From: an uncultured Acidobacteriota bacterium
GTDB taxonomy: Bacteria > Acidobacteriota > Thermoanaerobaculia > Multivoradales > UBA5704
Assembly (NCBI GenBank): GCA_963700145.1
Contig: OY969474.1
Coordinates: forward strand, 3,936,001 to 4,000,000
DNA length: 64,000 nucleotides
Direction: 5' to 3'
The translations under genes and the position numbers were made by a program. Position 1 is the stretch's first letter; each line of letters opens with the position of its first letter. Below, in pieces: positions 60,680 to 64,000 of this stretch. The notes under the pieces are model-generated. The model worked only from the letters and a program-made list of their open reading frames with translations, was not told the DNA's origin and did no database searches.

Positions 60680-61910
60680 ACCGGAACCTGCCTTCGTCGG
60701 CATCGACATCGGATCCTCCAAGGTCGGGGTGCTCATCGGGCACAAGGACGACAAGGGGGGCATCGAAGTCGTGGGCAAGGGGCTCGCCCCCAACCGCGGC
60801 ACGCGCAAGGGGAACATCGTCAACGTCGAGGCCACGGTCGAGGCGCTCAAACAGGCGAGCGAGGAGGCCGAGGTGATGGCCGGCGTCGAGATCTCGCGCG
60901 CCTGGGTGGGTGTCGCCGGGCCGGACATCCGCAGCGTCAACTCGCGCGGCATGGTCTCGGTGGCGCGCAAGGACCGCGAGATCACCCGCCAGGACATCCA
61001 GCGCGTCCTCGAGGCGGCGCAGTCGGCGGCCCTGCCTTCCGACCGCGAGATCCTGCACGCCATCCCGCAGGAGTTCCTGGTCGACGAGCAGGGCGGCATC
61101 GAAGACCCGCTCGGCATGCAGGGGAGCCGGCTGGAGGTGATGGTCCACCTCGTCACCGGCAACATCACGCGCTCGAAGACCATGCTCACCTGCGTCAACC
61201 GCGCCGGCATCGAGGTCGTCGAGATGGTCTTCGAGCCGCTCGCCACCGCCGAGGCGGTGCTGACGCCGGACGAGCGCGAGCTCGGGTCGCTGCTCATCGA
61301 CATCGGCGCCGGCACCACCGAGTACGCGCTCTTCGCCGACGGCGAGATCCGCTACAGCGCGGTCTCGCCGATCGGCGCCGGCCACTTCACCAACGACCTC
61401 TCGATGGTGCTGCGCACGCCCTTCGCCGAGGCCGAGAAGATCAAGATCAAGCAGGGGTGCTGCCTGACCGGCATGGTCACCGGCGACGACGGCGTCTCGG
61501 TGCCCACCGTCGCCGGCGGCTCGGCGCGGGTGGTGCCCAAGAAGGAGCTCTCCGAGATCCTCCAGCCGCGCGCCGAGGAGCTGTTCAAGATGCTGCGCGA
61601 CGACCTCGCCAAGCACCTCTCCGAGGACAGCCTGCGCGGCGGCGTCATCCTGACCGGCGGCGGCGCCCAGCTCGACGGCCTGCTCGAGCTCGCCGAGCAG
61701 GTCTTCGACGCCGGCGTGCGCTACGGCCTGCCGCGCGGCCTGGGGGGGCTCGTCGACGTCATCAGCAGCCCGAGCTGGTCGACCGCCTCGGGCCTCCTCC
61801 TCTACGCCATGGCCGCGGCCGAGGCGCAGGGGAAGGTCCAGAAGCCGGCCAAGTTCAGCGTCAAGGGGATGGTCGGGAGCTTGCGCGGCATGTTCAGCGA
61901 CCTGCTCTAA
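60672..61910 (+). CDS. ftsA: Cell division protein FtsA
   Basis: GIDIGSSK, DIGAGTT, AEKIK, LTGGGA, amphipathic C-terminus. Confidence 0.96.
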   Translation: MPKPEPAFVGIDIGSSKVGVLIGHKDDKGGIEVVGKGLAPNRGTRKGNIVNVEATVEALKQASEEAEVMAGVEISRAWVGVAGPDIRSVNSRGMVSVARKDREITRQDIQRVLEAAQSAALPSDREILHAIPQEFLVDEQGGIEDPLGMQGSRLEVMVHLVTGNITRSKTMLTCVNRAGIEVVEMVFEPLATAEAVLTPDERELGSLLIDIGAGTTEYALFADGEIRYSAVSPIGAGHFTNDLSMVLRTPFAEAEKIKIKQGCCLTGMVTGDDGVSVPTVAGGSARVVPKKELSEILQPRAEELFKMLRDDLAKHLSEDSLRGGVILTGGGAQLDGLLELAEQVFDAGVRYGLPRGLGGLVDVISSPSWSTASGLLLYAMAAAEAQGKVQKPAKFSVKGMVGSLRGMFSDLL

Positions 61911-61940
61911 ACCGGGAGAACGAACCAAAAGGAGTGACGC

Positions 61941-63209
61941 ATGATTCTCTTCGATGACCAGGATGCCCCGGACAAGGGGCGGCCGCTGACCCACGACGCG
62001 CGCGACATGGTGCCGGCCAAGATCAAGGTGGTCGGCGTCGGCGGCGGCGGCGGCAACGCCGTCAACCGCATGATCGACGCCCATCTGCGCGGCATCGAGT
62101 TCATCGCCGCCAACACCGACCTCCAGGCGCTGGCCAAGTGCCGGGCCCAGGTCAAGCTCCAGCTCGGCCAGAGCCTGACCAAGGGGCTGGGCGCCGGCGC
62201 CGACCCGGAGGTGGGCAAGAAGGCCGCGCTGGAGGACACCGAGCGCATCCTCGAGATGCTCGACGGCGCCGACATGGTCTTCTTGACCGCCGGCCTGGGC
62301 GGCGGCACCGGCACCGGCGCGGCGCCGATCATCGCCTCGCTGGCGGCCGAGATCGGCGCCCTCACCGTCGCCGTCGTCACCAAGCCCTTCGGCTTCGAGG
62401 GGCGGCGGCGGATGCAGCTCGCCGAGCGCGGCGTCGAGGACCTGCGCAACGCGGTGGACACCCTGATCACCATCCCCAACGAGCGCCTGCTCAACTTCGT
62501 CGAGCGCGGCACGCCGCTCGCCGAGGCCTTCCGCATCGCCGACGACGTGCTGCGCCAGGCGGTGCAGGGGATCAGCGACCTGATCACCGTCCCCGGCGAG
62601 GTCAACGTCGACTTCGCCGACGTGCGCACCATCATGAGCGGCATGGGCATGGCGCTCATGGGCACCGGCGTGGCGCGCGGCGAGAACCGGGCGCTCGAGG
62701 CGGCGCAGCGGGCGATCTCCTCGCCGCTGCTCGAGGAGACCTCGATCCAGGGCGCCAAGGGCGTGCTGATCAACATCTCCGGCGGCGCCGACCTCACCCT
62801 GCACGAGGTGGCCGAGGCGGCGCGCATCATCGCCGAGGCGGTCGACCCCGACGCCAACATCATCTCCGGCATGGTGATCGACGACGCGATGGAGGAGGCG
62901 ATGAAGGTCACCGTCATCGCCACCGGTTTCGACTACGCCCCCGACGTCCGCGTGCGCCCGGCGATGCCGGTCTACGCCGCCTCGGCCCCGCGGCCGCTGC
63001 CGGCGATGCCGGCGGCCGGCCCGATGCTGGCCGCGGCGGCGCAGCCGCTCGCCTCACCGGAGGAGCCGGAGCGCACCGTCGCCGACATCCCCTTCTACCG
63101 CAAGGTCATCGCCCACGGCCGCGGCGAGGACCCGGGCGGCTTCGGCCCCAACTGGTCGAACGTGGACGACTACGACATCCCGACGGTGCTGCGGAAGCAG
63201 ATGGATTGA
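61941..63209 (+). CDS. ftsZ: Cell division protein FtsZ
   Basis: GGGGGNA, GGGTGTG, NVDFADV, C-terminal DIPTVLRK. Confidence 0.98.
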   Translation: MILFDDQDAPDKGRPLTHDARDMVPAKIKVVGVGGGGGNAVNRMIDAHLRGIEFIAANTDLQALAKCRAQVKLQLGQSLTKGLGAGADPEVGKKAALEDTERILEMLDGADMVFLTAGLGGGTGTGAAPIIASLAAEIGALTVAVVTKPFGFEGRRRMQLAERGVEDLRNAVDTLITIPNERLLNFVERGTPLAEAFRIADDVLRQAVQGISDLITVPGEVNVDFADVRTIMSGMGMALMGTGVARGENRALEAAQRAISSPLLEETSIQGAKGVLINISGGADLTLHEVAEAARIIAEAVDPDANIISGMVIDDAMEEAMKVTVIATGFDYAPDVRVRPAMPVYAASAPRPLPAMPAAGPMLAAAAQPLASPEEPERTVADIPFYRKVIAHGRGEDPGGFGPNWSNVDDYDIPTVLRKQMD

Positions 63210-63276
63210 ACGGGCCGGGATTGGAGTAGCATCGAGAGGTATCGCCGTATCGATCTAACTGGATAGGAGTTGTGAG

Positions 63277-63456
63277 TTGGTGAAGATTCGCCTTTACTCC
63301 GCGACCGTCACGCACCGCGGTCCCGACGGCAAGGTCCGGGAGGAGGAGTTCCCGGTCCGCGCCGCGGACCAACCCGGGGCCTGCGAGCTGGCCCTGGCCT
63401 ACGTCCTGTCGTCGCTGAAGCTCGACGAGTTCGAGCTGCGCGTCGTGGGCCCCTAG
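63277..63456 (+). CDS. Small hypothetical protein (about 59 aa)
   Basis: AGGAG RBS, TTG/GTG start; KIRLYSATVTHRGPDGKVREEEFPVRAAD...FELRVVGP; host-like codon usage. Confidence 0.6.
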   Translation: MVKIRLYSATVTHRGPDGKVREEEFPVRAADQPGACELALAYVLSSLKLDEFELRVVGP

Positions 63457-64000
63457 GGCCGCGCGCGCGGCGGCTCCGCCAGGAGCTGCTCGATCCGGGC
63501 TTCCAGCTCGGCGTAGTCGCCGTCCCCGGCGACGTACTGCCCGCCGGGGTGGATGTGGCGGACGACCCCCTCGCGGTCGAGGAGGAAGGTGACGCTGGTC
63601 CAGCCGGAGGGGACCTCGTCGAGCCACCAGCGCCGCAGCGTCCGCCAGCCGCCGTCGATCGCCACCGGGAACTCGAAGCCGAGGTCGCCGGCCCACGCCT
63701 CGACCTGCTCCGGGTCGAGGCGCGAGCCGCTCTTGTGGTGGTAGAAGCCGAGGACCGCGAGGCCGCGGTCGCGGTAGCGCCGGTGGAAGTCGTTGAGCGC
63801 CGGCGCCGTCGCCCGGCAGAAGGGGCAGTGCGGCGCCGTCCACCAGCGCACCAGGACGACCTGGCCGCGCAGGTCCGCGAGCGTCACCGGCCGCCCGTTC
63901 AGCCAGTGCGACACGCTCCACTCCGGCGGGCGCTTGCCGAGGAGGTCCTCGACGCCCTGTCCGCGCGCCCCCGGCGCCGCGGCAGCGAGCGGCGGCAGCA
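63453..64000 (-). CDS. TlpA/peroxiredoxin-like redoxin (5' end outside window)
   Basis: WLNGRPVTLADLRGQVVLVRWW...CPFC, FLLDREGVVR. Confidence 0.85.
   Translation of the reverse strand, partial: LPPLAAAAPGARGQGVEDLLGKRPPEWSVSHWLNGRPVTLADLRGQVVLVRWWTAPHCPFCRATAPALNDFHRRYRDRGLAVLGFYHHKSGSRLDPEQVEAWAGDLGFEFPVAIDGGWRTLRRWWLDEVPSGWTSVTFLLDREGVVRHIHPGGQYVAGDGDYAELEARIEQLLAEPPRARP

Overview
GC-rich bacterial chromosomal window. The gene content and protein style suggest Acidobacteriota, probably Thermoanaerobaculia (inference). The right half is housekeeping: dapF, hslU/hslV, xerC, trmFO, 5'-nucleotidase, mfd, two parvulin/SurA foldases and a dcw cluster from mraZ to ftsZ without murB or ddl. The left half mixes core genes (alpha-2-macroglobulin, DEAD-box helicase, SLC13 permease, peptidases) with accessory patches. 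Main unexplained structures: (1) four tandem 19-23 codon peptide genes (three intact, M-K-V-x-T-N-L-K-A-G-A-R-H-Q-I-I-D-[W/V/F]-G; one frameshifted variant), each with its own ribosome-binding site, divergent from a wHTH-FHA regulator with 11-bp-spaced direct repeats in between; (2) three dispersed arrays with a 21-bp period (12-bp palindrome plus 9 variable bases); (3) three cargo insertions, each flanked by two diverged copies of one end of a host gene and with no integrase (cargo includes a TIR protein and a Schlafen/AlbA_2 + zinc ribbon + DUF6232 cassette); (4) a decayed membrane-anchored TIR gene. Also present are an intact IS256-family element with TIRs and an 8-bp target duplication, two toxin-antitoxin pairs and REP-like palindromes. 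No rRNA, tRNA or CRISPR array was recognised. All calls are by eye; no database searches were run.
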